Shown piece after piece: positions 55,174-63,951 of a DNA stretch of 64,000 bases; position 1 is the first letter of the stretch, and each line of letters starts with the position of its first letter. Below the pieces are notes generated by a model. The model was not told the origin of the DNA, searched no databases, and saw only the letters and a program-made list of their open reading frames with translations. The translations under genes were made by a program, and so were the position numbers. The DNA is from a phage: the NCBI GenBank assembly GCA_033664045.1, contig GCA_033664045.1_3674.1, one strand, 5' to 3'.

Positions 55174-55410
55174 TCAGGCACTGTTACCATCCTTATCTGC
55201 CTCCTTCATTTTCCTGACGGTTTTACAGTGATCTACCAAGCACATAACAACAATGAAGAGAACGACAGGCCAAAAAGGTGCGGCAGTGATTATAGTTATA
55301 AAGTCGTCAAACTTAATTTTTCTACAAGATATGATGCAAAGAGTTGCTAAAACAACCATTGTCAGAAAGGTCAATGCGCAATACCAAACCAACACAGTAT
55401 CTATGGCCAT
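55174..55410 (-). CDS. Membrane protein (two hydrophobic helices)
   Basis: VLVWYCALTFLTMVVLATLCII and AAPFWPVVLFIVVMCLV. Confidence 0.5.
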   Translation of the reverse strand: MAIDTVLVWYCALTFLTMVVLATLCIISCRKIKFDDFITIITAAPFWPVVLFIVVMCLVDHCKTVRKMKEADKDGNSA

Positions 55411-55411
55411 A

Positions 55412-55939
55412 TCACATCTCCTGGTTCAAACTGTTAAGAAAGGATACTCTGTCTTCGCTATTTTTCTCTGTGATATACCCTCCAAACATGGAAAGAATCA
55501 CATGCTTCAAGTAATCTTTTTCTGGGTCGCTTAGATGATTGCGTGGCTTTATTTCCACATCATGGTAGTCATACAATCCACAATCATGATACCCCCAGTA
55601 TCGACACACCTCAATACTGATCGGGAGTTTTTTGTCACACGAAACTTTCCAACGGGTTACGTTGTTACCAGGGGATAAATCCTCGCCCACCTTCACGAAT
55701 GACAAATCGTAATTCATAAACTTTTCGTACAGTTTAAGTACAAAACCCTCGACCTGTGGAGAAACACCAGCCACTAGCTGGGCGTATCTATATTTACTTT
55801 CAATAATTTTTCGGCGCTTTGCTGTAAGGTTTATTGCAGCAATTTGACTCTCTGAGTATCTCCAAGGCTTGTATATAAATGCTTTCGGGTCTTTATCGCC
55901 ATAAAAATCTTTCCAATCAACTAGCAGCATACCTGTCAC
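55412..55939 (-). CDS. Hypothetical protein
   Basis: Track ORF. Confidence 0.5.
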   Translation of the reverse strand: MTGMLLVDWKDFYGDKDPKAFIYKPWRYSESQIAAINLTAKRRKIIESKYRYAQLVAGVSPQVEGFVLKLYEKFMNYDLSFVKVGEDLSPGNNVTRWKVSCDKKLPISIEVCRYWGYHDCGLYDYHDVEIKPRNHLSDPEKDYLKHVILSMFGGYITEKNSEDRVSFLNSLNQEM

Positions 55940-56169
55940 TCCTCCACAACTTCAAGGCCTTTTCCGCCTCGTTCTGGTAGATTACTTAAAGACAGGTAAT
56001 ACGTATAGTCAGGAGAGATCCTGCCAGACTCTGCACCTGCAGATAGTAAATCTTTTCCCTTAACCATGACAACATTATCGTTTGCAGATAGTCGTTTTGC
56101 TTCCACAATTTTACCAACGCAGTCAACCAAGGAAGGGTACCCTAAATCTGTAAGAAATTTAACTTTCAT
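55936..56169 (-). CDS. Hypothetical protein (MKVKFL…GKDLLSAGA family)
   Basis: MKVKFLTDLGYP…GKDLLSAGAES…EVVEE. Confidence 0.55.
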   Translation of the reverse strand: MKVKFLTDLGYPSLVDCVGKIVEAKRLSANDNVVMVKGKDLLSAGAESGRISPDYTYYLSLSNLPERGGKGLEVVEE

Positions 56170-56208
56170 GCTACCTCCTACTTCTACCGTCCCTGGTAAG
56201 ATAAATTA

Positions 56209-56607
56209 TTACTGAACAGAGCGCGGAGCTGGGAAGGATAACTCTTCTAAAGAGAAGATTTCATTCCCCACAATCCATGTTGCAGGATCATCTGGGTTTA
56301 CTGGATAGATAATCATCACCTCGTCAGTGTTACATACCCGCTTTTTACCTGTGGAGTCATCAGCAACCAGCATGCGCGGTTCTTCAGAAATGCACAGGTA
56401 GCCTCCTCGGCCCACTGTTCCTTCCACAGGATCTTGTCCTTTGATCACGATGATTATCTTCTCTCCTGAGGCGATATTACCTTGCACACTCACCGTTTGA
56501 CCAACCTTGGATGTGCCAATCTTAGTGACTTCGAACATTACATCCCGAATTACTGTTGCATAATCGCCAGACACTTTCTTACCTTCTTTAGTGATCTCAA
56601 TCTTCAT
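56209..56607 (-). CDS. Hypothetical protein
   Basis: Track ORF. Confidence 0.5.
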   Translation of the reverse strand: MKIEITKEGKKVSGDYATVIRDVMFEVTKIGTSKVGQTVSVQGNIASGEKIIIVIKGQDPVEGTVGRGGYLCISEEPRMLVADDSTGKKRVCNTDEVMIIYPVNPDDPATWIVGNEIFSLEELSFPAPRSVQ

Positions 56608-56870
56608 ACACTGGGCTCCTTAAATGAATCTATGTAATCAATTAAATCCCAAGCATCCCTATGACCTGTCAGAGGGTATACTTCTCCAAGAGGGATCATA
56701 GCAATAAGTCTATCAAAAACCCAATCTGGACGCAACATTTTATGGTGATATTCCCACTCACCTTCTACAGATTTTTTCTGAGTAATCAGGATCTCTGTGT
56801 AGTGTTTCGCCTGTCTTGAGTAAATTGAAAATGACTTGTACATAAATGACCCCCTTGTTGAGAACAACAA
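56604..56870 (-). CDS. Hypothetical protein
   Basis: Track ORF. Confidence 0.5.
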   Translation of the reverse strand: MLFSTRGSFMYKSFSIYSRQAKHYTEILITQKKSVEGEWEYHHKMLRPDWVFDRLIAMIPLGEVYPLTGHRDAWDLIDYIDSFKEPSV

Positions 56871-56877
56871 TACACAA

Positions 56878-57162
56878 CTACCAAGTTACTGTCAAGTAGG
56901 CAACAGTGTTATTTTTCTCTGGAGAGATGCCAACAACATCTACCTGCAGACCTCCTGCCCTCAAATCCCCAACAATATGCGGGAAGTAATCTGAGAGATG
57001 CGAGGGTAGATTTATCGAAAATCCGCATCCCAGAAAGCCTGCTAACGCTTTATTTTGTATCTCCCCTACAATCGCATCATAAATGGAGTTAAGCTCGTCA
57101 GGGAGCGTTACAGGACGTTTTAGCGCTAACTGGTGTAATTTGTCCTTAGCACTCATTTTCAT
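56878..57162 (-). CDS. Hypothetical protein
   Basis: Start placed at the internal Met that overlaps the Dam stop (ATGA). Confidence 0.5.
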   Translation of the reverse strand: MKMSAKDKLHQLALKRPVTLPDELNSIYDAIVGEIQNKALAGFLGCGFSINLPSHLSDYFPHIVGDLRAGGLQVDVVGISPEKNNTVAYLTVTW

Positions 57163-57692
57163 TTCAGGTCTACCTCTGGGGGTGCCAACCACATAAACGG
57201 CGGCAAGTCTAAACGGTTTTTCTTATCCCACACAAAATATGCATATGCTTGCCCGTCAGTTCTGCCATTTGATTGAAATGATGGACGCTTAGATATTGTG
57301 ATCACAGTGGTAGGTGCATTATCAAGCCACCATTCAAATCTGGCTTTGCTTTCCAGAAAATTAAGACGCAAAAGCATAATAACTACGTCAGCATCTTTCA
57401 ACGCCTTGTCTACGAACTCACGAGCCAGACTGTACGGTGGGTTGGTGATAATACAGTCAACATGGTTGTATTCTGTATTCAGATAGTCAACACCTTCTTG
57501 GATTTCTCCCCATGCAGATCCTAACGGCATACGGGAGTAGAACACACCTGAGGCACTATTCCTGCAAGGCTCTAAGTAGGTCCAGTCCTCTGGGAACGGA
57601 ATAAGGTCATACAGCCCTTCTGCACACCACTCCGGTGTCACATACTCATCGTATGCGTTACGTTGTTCATCAGGTTTTCTAGCACAAGTCAT
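57159..57692 (-). CDS. dam: DNA N6-adenine methyltransferase (phage Dam-like)
   Basis: Catalytic motif IV ITNPPYS; about 177 aa. Confidence 0.7.
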   Translation of the reverse strand: MTCARKPDEQRNAYDEYVTPEWCAEGLYDLIPFPEDWTYLEPCRNSASGVFYSRMPLGSAWGEIQEGVDYLNTEYNHVDCIITNPPYSLAREFVDKALKDADVVIMLLRLNFLESKARFEWWLDNAPTTVITISKRPSFQSNGRTDGQAYAYFVWDKKNRLDLPPFMWLAPPEVDLK

Positions 57693-57705
57693 GCAAATCT
57701 CCAGA

Positions 57706-57731
57706 TCATAAAAGCCCTCCGAAGAGGGCTT
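57706..57731 (-). terminator. Rho-independent terminator (minus strand)
   Basis: Minus strand AGCCCTC-TTCG-GAGGGCT followed by TTTATGATC. Confidence 0.5.
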
Positions 57732-57743
57732 TAGAATTAATGT

Positions 57744-58793
57744 TTAAGCTTCTTCGACAATTCCTGCACCCAGGATTTTTTCATTGAGCTCTTTTGCTGT
57801 TTTAATGATATTGTCCATCAGACGCTTGCGGGTCTTATCTTTCACCTTAATCTCTTCACCGCCGTTCAGAGTAGTCTTCAATTGAGACAGAATATCCTGA
57901 AGTTCGACGACAGAGAATCGCTGCAGATCTTCTGAAGTAATTTCACCCAAGGCGATCCGGACGGTCTCGCCACTTTCCATCTGCAGATTCAGGAACACAG
58001 TGTGAACATCGCCTTTCGTACCATTTGCTTTTGCAGACTCAACAGCATGAACCAGCTCGTCCAGAGATGTGCATTGGTGAATCTCTGGCAGGCCTGCTTC
58101 GCCTAGCACACCTTCTTCATCACTTTTTGCCAAAAGCTTTTTCGGTTTCTGTCCATTCTGAATGCGCTGAATGTTTTCATCGTCCAGAATGATAGCACCA
58201 GTTCTAGATGCCAGCTCTTCTCCATCTAACCACACTTCACCGCCAGCTGTAATGGATGCGATCTCATCTTCTGTTAGCACCCCACCGTAGTATTTTTCAA
58301 TCAGGCGTTCAAAACGTTTCTTCCAGTAGTTGATCTGAGTATTCATGTTCACACCGTTACCATAGGTGCCACCTTGATAGTAGTGGAACATAAACTCTGT
58401 GTCCGGAGCCACAGTGCGTTCTTTGCAACCCAGCCATAGGATTGTTCCAGCAGAGCAGCACATACCTTCAGCATGTGCAACAACGCTTGCCTGAGACTCG
58501 CGGAATGCCTGCAGATAAGCCATTGCAATGTGCACGCAACCACCAGGACTATTGATGATCACCCGAATGCTTTCTTCAGGCTGAGCCATACGGATCGTCT
58601 GCAGACGAGACATATGATCTTGTAAGTCTTCCAGATCGTCGATATAAAGAACGTGGTCAACAACAGGTGTTGGGTAGCTGTATGTCTCCATAATACCACC
58701 CGGCATACCAAACATTTTATTACTCATAGGTTCAAAACCGTTCTGTTTTTCTTTCATACCGTGTACCATGGTGCTGCGAGGTGTTAAATTCAT
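57744..58793 (-). CDS. ClpP-like serine peptidase with C-terminal extension
   Basis: VIINSPGGCV, GMCCSAGT, FMFHYY resemble the ClpP core; AAGGA site. Confidence 0.7.
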   Translation of the reverse strand: MNLTPRSTMVHGMKEKQNGFEPMSNKMFGMPGGIMETYSYPTPVVDHVLYIDDLEDLQDHMSRLQTIRMAQPEESIRVIINSPGGCVHIAMAYLQAFRESQASVVAHAEGMCCSAGTILWLGCKERTVAPDTEFMFHYYQGGTYGNGVNMNTQINYWKKRFERLIEKYYGGVLTEDEIASITAGGEVWLDGEELASRTGAIILDDENIQRIQNGQKPKKLLAKSDEEGVLGEAGLPEIHQCTSLDELVHAVESAKANGTKGDVHTVFLNLQMESGETVRIALGEITSEDLQRFSVVELQDILSQLKTTLNGGEEIKVKDKTRKRLMDNIIKTAKELNEKILGAGIVEEA

Positions 58794-58852
58794 GAGAAAT
58801 CCTTAATATTGGAAGTTGAAAGCTATTTATTAAACCTGATTCACATTTACCT

Positions 58853-59164
58853 TTATTTAGCAATCACTATAGAATACTTACGATTGTCAGAAGCATCACA
58901 GCTCAAGGATTGCCAGTCTACCACATACCACGTATCATTGTCAACAATTACTTTATCGCCTGTTCTGTAGCAGGTGCTGCTTTCAATAATCCGAGACTCG
59001 ATAAAGAATCTGTGTCGGCGCTCACGTAGCAACGCTAAGTTGATTATATTACCACCACTGTCCTTGATCCACACATTCTTGGATCCTTTATTTGCCAAAA
59101 TTGTCTCTCCGTTATAGACAAACAGGCAGTATATTTTATTCAGTCTCTCTTGTATTGTAGCCAT
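58853..59164 (-). CDS. Hypothetical protein
   Basis: Track ORF. Confidence 0.5.
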   Translation of the reverse strand: MATIQERLNKIYCLFVYNGETILANKGSKNVWIKDSGGNIINLALLRERRHRFFIESRIIESSTCYRTGDKVIVDNDTWYVVDWQSLSCDASDNRKYSIVIAK

Positions 59165-59267
59165 ACTATCTCCTTCTACTTGTCTTGTCCGATAATAATA
59201 TCTAAAGCTTACCTGTTTGTCAACAACTGTTTTAGATATTTAAGGGTGGAATAACCACCCTTCTGTA

Positions 59268-60056
59268 TTACTCGGAAACAGGGGTCCAAATATGATTTGC
59301 ACGATCCTCGATAAGATTGAGTGCAATCTGACGACCCAACCCGGAACGAACGACATCATCTGGACTATCAAAGCTGATCATTCCAACCTCAGGATCTGGA
59401 TGGCGAGTAAAGAAATCCGTCACCCATGCAAGGCCAGATTTACCAGGGATGTCACGTTGGCTATTATCGCCCATAATTACAAGGGTGGCCTGATCAGAGA
59501 TCCTTGTGATAATTGACAACATTTCTTCAGGGTTAGTTTGCTGTGCCTCGTCAATCAGGACAAAGCATCGCTCATCGAAACTACGACCACGAATGCTTTC
59601 AACTTCACAAATCTCGATACGGCTGTTCTGACCGTCTCCCAGCATTGCGGCAAAAGCACCTTTGCCAACACGACGACAAATAGTGTCCATCATACTACGA
59701 AGGTAAGGCCAAAGCTTCTGCATTGACGTTCCCGGTTTGTATCCGCTTGATTTTCCGGTCTGTACATAAGGACGTGCAACAATGATCTTATCAATCTCGT
59801 TCTTACGCAGAAGATCACCTGCATATGCAGATGCCATGAACGTCTTACCAGACCCAAACACACCGTTTACAATAATAATCTTACGTGACCCTAGATAATC
59901 AAGATACTTTTGCTGCTTCTTATTCATTGGTCGGAGAGCTGGAGCGGTGTGCTCTCGTTCGTCAGCAAATTTCTCAGCAGCCTTGCGCAAGCGATCAGAT
60001 TTGCGAGCCTCTCTAGCTTCATCACGCATGCGTTTTGTTTCTTTAGCTCGACCCAT
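59268..60056 (-). CDS. phoH: PhoH-like ATPase
   Basis: Walker A GVFGSGKT, Walker B VLIDEAQ; AAAGGAG site. Confidence 0.85.
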   Translation of the reverse strand: MGRAKETKRMRDEAREARKSDRLRKAAEKFADEREHTAPALRPMNKKQQKYLDYLGSRKIIIVNGVFGSGKTFMASAYAGDLLRKNEIDKIIVARPYVQTGKSSGYKPGTSMQKLWPYLRSMMDTICRRVGKGAFAAMLGDGQNSRIEICEVESIRGRSFDERCFVLIDEAQQTNPEEMLSIITRISDQATLVIMGDNSQRDIPGKSGLAWVTDFFTRHPDPEVGMISFDSPDDVVRSGLGRQIALNLIEDRANHIWTPVSE

Positions 60057-60094
60057 GTTGGGACTCCTTTCAGATTGAGATGTGCCAAGTACTT

Positions 60095-60445
60095 TTACTG
60101 CAACAGTTTTTCAATAGCCGCTTCCATGCTGCTTGCAACAGCCTGAACTCGGATATTCATCTCTTCTTGGTGGATCAGCTCCTTAAGCTCTTTAATGGTA
60201 AATTCTTTAGAGAAACCTTCCACCATAATCTTGTGTAAGGCTTCTTGCGTATCTACTTGCAAGAACTTTTCCAGTTTGTCGGCAGAGGCTTCTAAATCAG
60301 CCCGAATACGAGGGTCATCTGTGCGATTCAGCATTAGACGTAAGCCATCAAGATTAGTAGAAATAGCGTCTGCATGTTGAGTAACTAACCGTGGCAAAAT
60401 GAGATCTACAAACTTATTAGCCAAATCGATACGTTCTTGTGTCAC
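60095..60445 (-). CDS. Hypothetical protein
   Basis: Track ORF; GTG start. Confidence 0.45.
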   Translation of the reverse strand: MTQERIDLANKFVDLILPRLVTQHADAISTNLDGLRLMLNRTDDPRIRADLEASADKLEKFLQVDTQEALHKIMVEGFSKEFTIKELKELIHQEEMNIRVQAVASSMEAAIEKLLQ

Positions 60446-60555
60446 TGCTGCACCCCCTCTTCATCCTCATGATGTTTCTTTTCACGCTTGTGTTTTTTCT
60501 TAAGCTCAAGCGCAATCTCTTTTTTGTACGCCTTCTTCAAGGCTTTTTTAGCCAT
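60442..60555 (-). CDS. Lys-rich mini-protein (37 aa)
   Basis: Hand-translated MAKKALKKAYKKEIALELKKKHKREKKHHEDEEGVQQ; GGAGG site 6 nt upstream; stop overlaps the next start. Confidence 0.4.
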   Translation of the reverse strand: MAKKALKKAYKKEIALELKKKHKREKKHHEDEEGVQQ

Positions 60556-60619
60556 TTGGCACCTCCTCTGCTTTCATTTTACGATAATTATACCTATCTA
60601 AACAAAGCTTTGTCAACAA

Positions 60620-61093
60620 CTAGTCTACCTGGACCCAACCGCCTGCTACTTTTTTAAACATTCTTTGGTTATCGCTACCTCGGAACGGTTTCTTGGTTGG
60701 TAAGTCTTTTACATACTTACCGTCAATGATGATATCAGCCAGTTTAAGAACATCACTAGAGATATGGTCAAATGTGAACCCAGTATATACAAGAATAGTT
60801 TTCTTGTCACCAAATTTTTCCTTAATTTTCTCCATCAGACTAATAATATCTGGCTCATTATAGTATGCTAAGGGTTCTCCACCCAGCAGAGAGATACCGC
60901 ACACAGACGGGTTATCTAAATCTGACAAGATTTTTTGCAAGTCTTCTTCAGTAAACTCTCTCCCCTTATCTTTTGACCAAAATGCCTGATTAAAGCAACC
61001 AGGGCAAGCGTGTGGGCACCCAGATACCCATAAGGCAGTTCTAATACCTGGCCCTTCGGTGTAAGATATTTCTGTGTATCCGGCAATGTTCAT
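60620..61093 (-). CDS. nrdG: Anaerobic ribonucleotide reductase activating protein (radical SAM)
   Basis: CPHACPGC radical-SAM cluster motif and GGEP; size and context match NrdG. Confidence 0.85.
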   Translation of the reverse strand: MNIAGYTEISYTEGPGIRTALWVSGCPHACPGCFNQAFWSKDKGREFTEEDLQKILSDLDNPSVCGISLLGGEPLAYYNEPDIISLMEKIKEKFGDKKTILVYTGFTFDHISSDVLKLADIIIDGKYVKDLPTKKPFRGSDNQRMFKKVAGGWVQVD

Positions 61094-61206
61094 AGATACT
61101 CCGCATCACATTTAGGGCAATGCCAAATAAAATCGTCCAGTGCCTTGCACCAACGAAGATTACAATGACAACCGCACTTGCAGATTTTATAGATACCCGA
61201 TGACAT
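61090..61206 (-). CDS. Cys-rich mini-protein (38 aa) coupled to nrdG
   Basis: Hand-translated MSSGIYKICKCGCHCNLRWCKALDDFIWHCPKCDAEYL; AAGGAGGTG site; ATGA overlap with nrdG. Confidence 0.4.
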   Translation of the reverse strand: MSSGIYKICKCGCHCNLRWCKALDDFIWHCPKCDAEYL

Positions 61207-61258
61207 ACTGCACCTCCTTAGTTAATAGCATATTTAAGATATGCATATCTTTCTACGA

Positions 61259-62191
61259 TCATTTACCACAAATCTTCTTGTATACCTCTTCTACCGTGTC
61301 AAACACTTCAGGCCTGTAGTAGAAAAACTCAGTGCTACCGTCAAATTTTACAGGAAAGTTTATTTTATACTTGCTGAAGGCCTTATGCACAGATTTTTCT
61401 AAATCTACCATGTTTTGAGTTGATCCGCTCCATGTTTTTACTACGTGAAGAGTGTGGACACCTGCGCCAGATTTACGAGCACTGTTAAGCACCTCATTTT
61501 TCCTCCTGTGCATTTTAACGCATACACCGATTTTCATAAGTGTTGGCACTTCTAAGTCATCAACCATAATGTAGAGTTTACCGTACTCATGAGATAAGAA
61601 TCCATTTTGTGCGCATTTACAGCAGCCACGACCACTTTTTAGGTTATTAGGTTTAGCAGACCACTTATACCCACAAATTTTGCACCTACATTGCACTTTT
61701 GTGTTATCATTGGCAATTTCCTCTAATATTTCTATATCTGGGTTGGCTTTGTGGATAATTGCAGCATGCTCCTTATGGGTTAACGCTTGACTTTGCCCAC
61801 GTCTTAAGTCATAGCACTCTGGGCAGCCGTTTCTTTGGTATAAGTGGTTTTCAGGGTATTGTTCAAACACACCGTGTTCAGGGCAAACAATTTTTACAGG
61901 CGTTCTCATGTTCACATATTTGACTAATGAGTAATCGTACTTGTCCCCATGAACAGCCATAGCCTCTTTTATGAACTCTTCAGTGTTCTTTTTCGCTGAC
62001 CCACCACACCTTGGACAACCATGCTTCTTGAAAGCATGTGCCACAGGGGTTTGCCAGAACTCACCGTGCTCAGGACAAATTATGCACACAGGTGTCTTGT
62101 TGTTTTTATACTCCACTTTGAAGTAATCATATTTGTCACCATGTATAGTCTGAGCTTTTTCTATAAACTCTTCGGTTGTTAGTCTCCTCAT
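61259..62191 (-). CDS. Free-standing homing endonuclease-like protein (GIY-YIG-like/T5orf172-type C-terminus, two zinc-binding repeats)
   Basis: Two repeats …EEFIxKAxxxHGDKYDYxxVxY…CPEHGxFxQ…GCPxC; C-terminal KLYIM…MKIGV…R…E…H pattern. Confidence 0.55.
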   Translation of the reverse strand: MRRLTTEEFIEKAQTIHGDKYDYFKVEYKNNKTPVCIICPEHGEFWQTPVAHAFKKHGCPRCGGSAKKNTEEFIKEAMAVHGDKYDYSLVKYVNMRTPVKIVCPEHGVFEQYPENHLYQRNGCPECYDLRRGQSQALTHKEHAAIIHKANPDIEILEEIANDNTKVQCRCKICGYKWSAKPNNLKSGRGCCKCAQNGFLSHEYGKLYIMVDDLEVPTLMKIGVCVKMHRRKNEVLNSARKSGAGVHTLHVVKTWSGSTQNMVDLEKSVHKAFSKYKINFPVKFDGSTEFFYYRPEVFDTVEEVYKKICGK

Positions 62192-62230
62192 TACCAGACC
62201 AGACCCTTCCGCTATTCACTTTATATTGCA

Positions 62231-62259
62231 TACTATAGAAAAGAGGAATAGAAGTCAAT
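62231..62259 (-). promoter_or_regulatory. Sigma70-like promoter for the endonuclease gene
   Basis: Minus strand TTGACT, 17-bp spacer, TAGTAT. Confidence 0.45.
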
Positions 62260-62289
62260 AAAAACAAAAATGAGAGCATCCTTGCTCTC
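62253..62289 (-). terminator. Rho-independent terminator after nrdD (minus strand)
   Basis: Minus strand GAGAGCA-AGGA-TGCTCTC followed by ATTTTTGTTTTT. Confidence 0.55.
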
Positions 62290-62300
62290 AATCTCTTTCC

Positions 62301-63602
62301 TTATTTACTCAACGGACAACAGTCTACATTCCCAACATGTTTAACACGTTCGATAACCTCTGCTTGTTTACCTGTGTTATACGGTCTACTGTTCGGGCTG
62401 GAGAGATAGCCAGACACTCTTCGGATCACTGAGATATATTGTTCATCGTGGCATCCACACGCAGGGCAGCAGAACCCTTTAGCTGTTGCACTGAACTCAC
62501 CAGAGAAACCACACTTAAGACATTTATCCACAGGTTGGTTAATACCAAAATACATAATGTGTTTATACCCGAAATCGACAAGGGCTTCCAAAGCATCCAA
62601 GTTGTTTTTCAGGTTAGGTGTTTCTATGTATCCAATGTTGCCGCCAGAAGAGATCATAGCAAAACCTTCCTCATACTTCCACTTATCAAAAGGCGAGCTG
62701 TTGATCCATACTGGCTGATGGAAACTGTTGGTGAGGTATTCATGCTCGTGCTTCAACACTTCTGGGTATTCACGATCCAGACAGGTTGCAGCTTTATAGC
62801 ATAAACTCTCAGAAGGTGTGCCGTACAAGCTAAATGCTAGTCCACTTTCCTTCTTATATCGATCACAAGCATCTTTCATATGCTGAAGGATTCCAAGAGC
62901 TAAAGCCTTGTCACCCTCTCTGCCCAAAATTTGGCAGGTTTCATACACACCAATATACCCAATACTGATGGAAGCGTACCCGTCATAGAAGAGTTTATCG
63001 ATACTCTCTTCAGGATCCAGGCGAGCAAGAGCTCCTTCACACCACATGATAGGGTTCTGCCCAGCCTTGGTGCCTTTCAAACGATTAACTCTTACAAGGT
63101 GAGCCTCATATGCCAAATCCAAGTATTCGTCAAGAACGGCAAAGAAATCAACACCTTCCGTCTTAGCTTTTGCCGCAATCATTGGCAGGTTAAGACTAAC
63201 AACCCCCAAGTTGAATCTGCCGAGGTATTTCTCCTCACCTGTTTCCAAGTCATTGTATTTGCTAAGAAAACTCCGGCAACCCATGCTCGTTACTTTGCCA
63301 TCTGTAGAGCCTGTCACTTTACGATTTAGTGGAACAGAAACAAAGTCAGGATAAATCCGCTCTGCAGAGCATTCCAGAGCTAATCGTTTCAAATCATAGT
63401 TAGGATCTCCAGGGTTCATGTTGACACCTTCTTCTAGGAAGAACAGCACTTTAGGGAACACAGGTGTGATACGTTCTTCACCAAGACCCATTTTGTGGAC
63501 TTTCAAGTAGTTTTTGGTAATCATTCTACCAAATACTGAGGTGTCCAGACCTAAACTTAATGTGATGAATGGAGTCTGCTGTCTCCTCCCCTGTGTTTCC
63601 AC
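62301..63602 (-). CDS. nrdD: Anaerobic ribonucleoside-triphosphate reductase, C-terminal portion only
   Basis: C-terminal zinc ribbon CLKCG…CPACGC and glycyl-radical motif RRVSGYLS; ORF begins at a GTG three codons after an in-frame stop and is shorter than a complete NrdD. Confidence 0.8.
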   Translation of the reverse strand: METQGRRQQTPFITLSLGLDTSVFGRMITKNYLKVHKMGLGEERITPVFPKVLFFLEEGVNMNPGDPNYDLKRLALECSAERIYPDFVSVPLNRKVTGSTDGKVTSMGCRSFLSKYNDLETGEEKYLGRFNLGVVSLNLPMIAAKAKTEGVDFFAVLDEYLDLAYEAHLVRVNRLKGTKAGQNPIMWCEGALARLDPEESIDKLFYDGYASISIGYIGVYETCQILGREGDKALALGILQHMKDACDRYKKESGLAFSLYGTPSESLCYKAATCLDREYPEVLKHEHEYLTNSFHQPVWINSSPFDKWKYEEGFAMISSGGNIGYIETPNLKNNLDALEALVDFGYKHIMYFGINQPVDKCLKCGFSGEFSATAKGFCCPACGCHDEQYISVIRRVSGYLSSPNSRPYNTGKQAEVIERVKHVGNVDCCPLSK

Positions 63603-63618
63603 AGGGCCAGACTATCTC

Positions 63619-63951
63619 TTACTCTACTTCAATAAGATAATAACCCTTTATTGTGAGATGCTTACCTTCGGCATTTCCTTCGATAGCCCTATGAACGTTA
63701 CCTACGTTCAAATTTAAGGCTTTTGCACAGGCATAGAGTGAAGGATATTCACCCACCAAGGTTTTCCCTTTGTATGCCTGCACTTTCCTATAGCACTTGC
63801 CTGGGCAAAGCCCTGTTCGGAAAGCATGTCTCTTATTATCTTCCGGCAAAACCCACTCTAGGTTAGACGGATGATCATTCAATGTATTGCCGTCTTTATG
63901 ATTCACTTCCCAGTTTTCAGGGTCTTCTGGGACATCTGGCAAACAATACAA
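63619..63951 (-). CDS. HNH homing endonuclease
   Basis: WEVNHKDGNTLNDHPSNLEWV HNH motif; ends 16 nt before the nrdD fragment, in a different frame. Confidence 0.7.
   Translation of the reverse strand: MYCLPDVPEDPENWEVNHKDGNTLNDHPSNLEWVLPEDNKRHAFRTGLCPGKCYRKVQAYKGKTLVGEYPSLYACAKALNLNVGNVHRAIEGNAEGKHLTIKGYYLIEVE

Noticed and set aside
57744-58793. ClpP-like protein as the prohead maturation protease
   Set aside because: No portal, scaffold or capsid genes flank it; its neighbours are dam, phoH and small genes. Kept as a ClpP-like peptidase of unknown target.
62301-63951. Intein in nrdD
   Set aside because: The HNH ORF and the nrdD fragment are in different frames and separated by stop codons, so this is not an in-frame intein; a split gene or intron is more likely.
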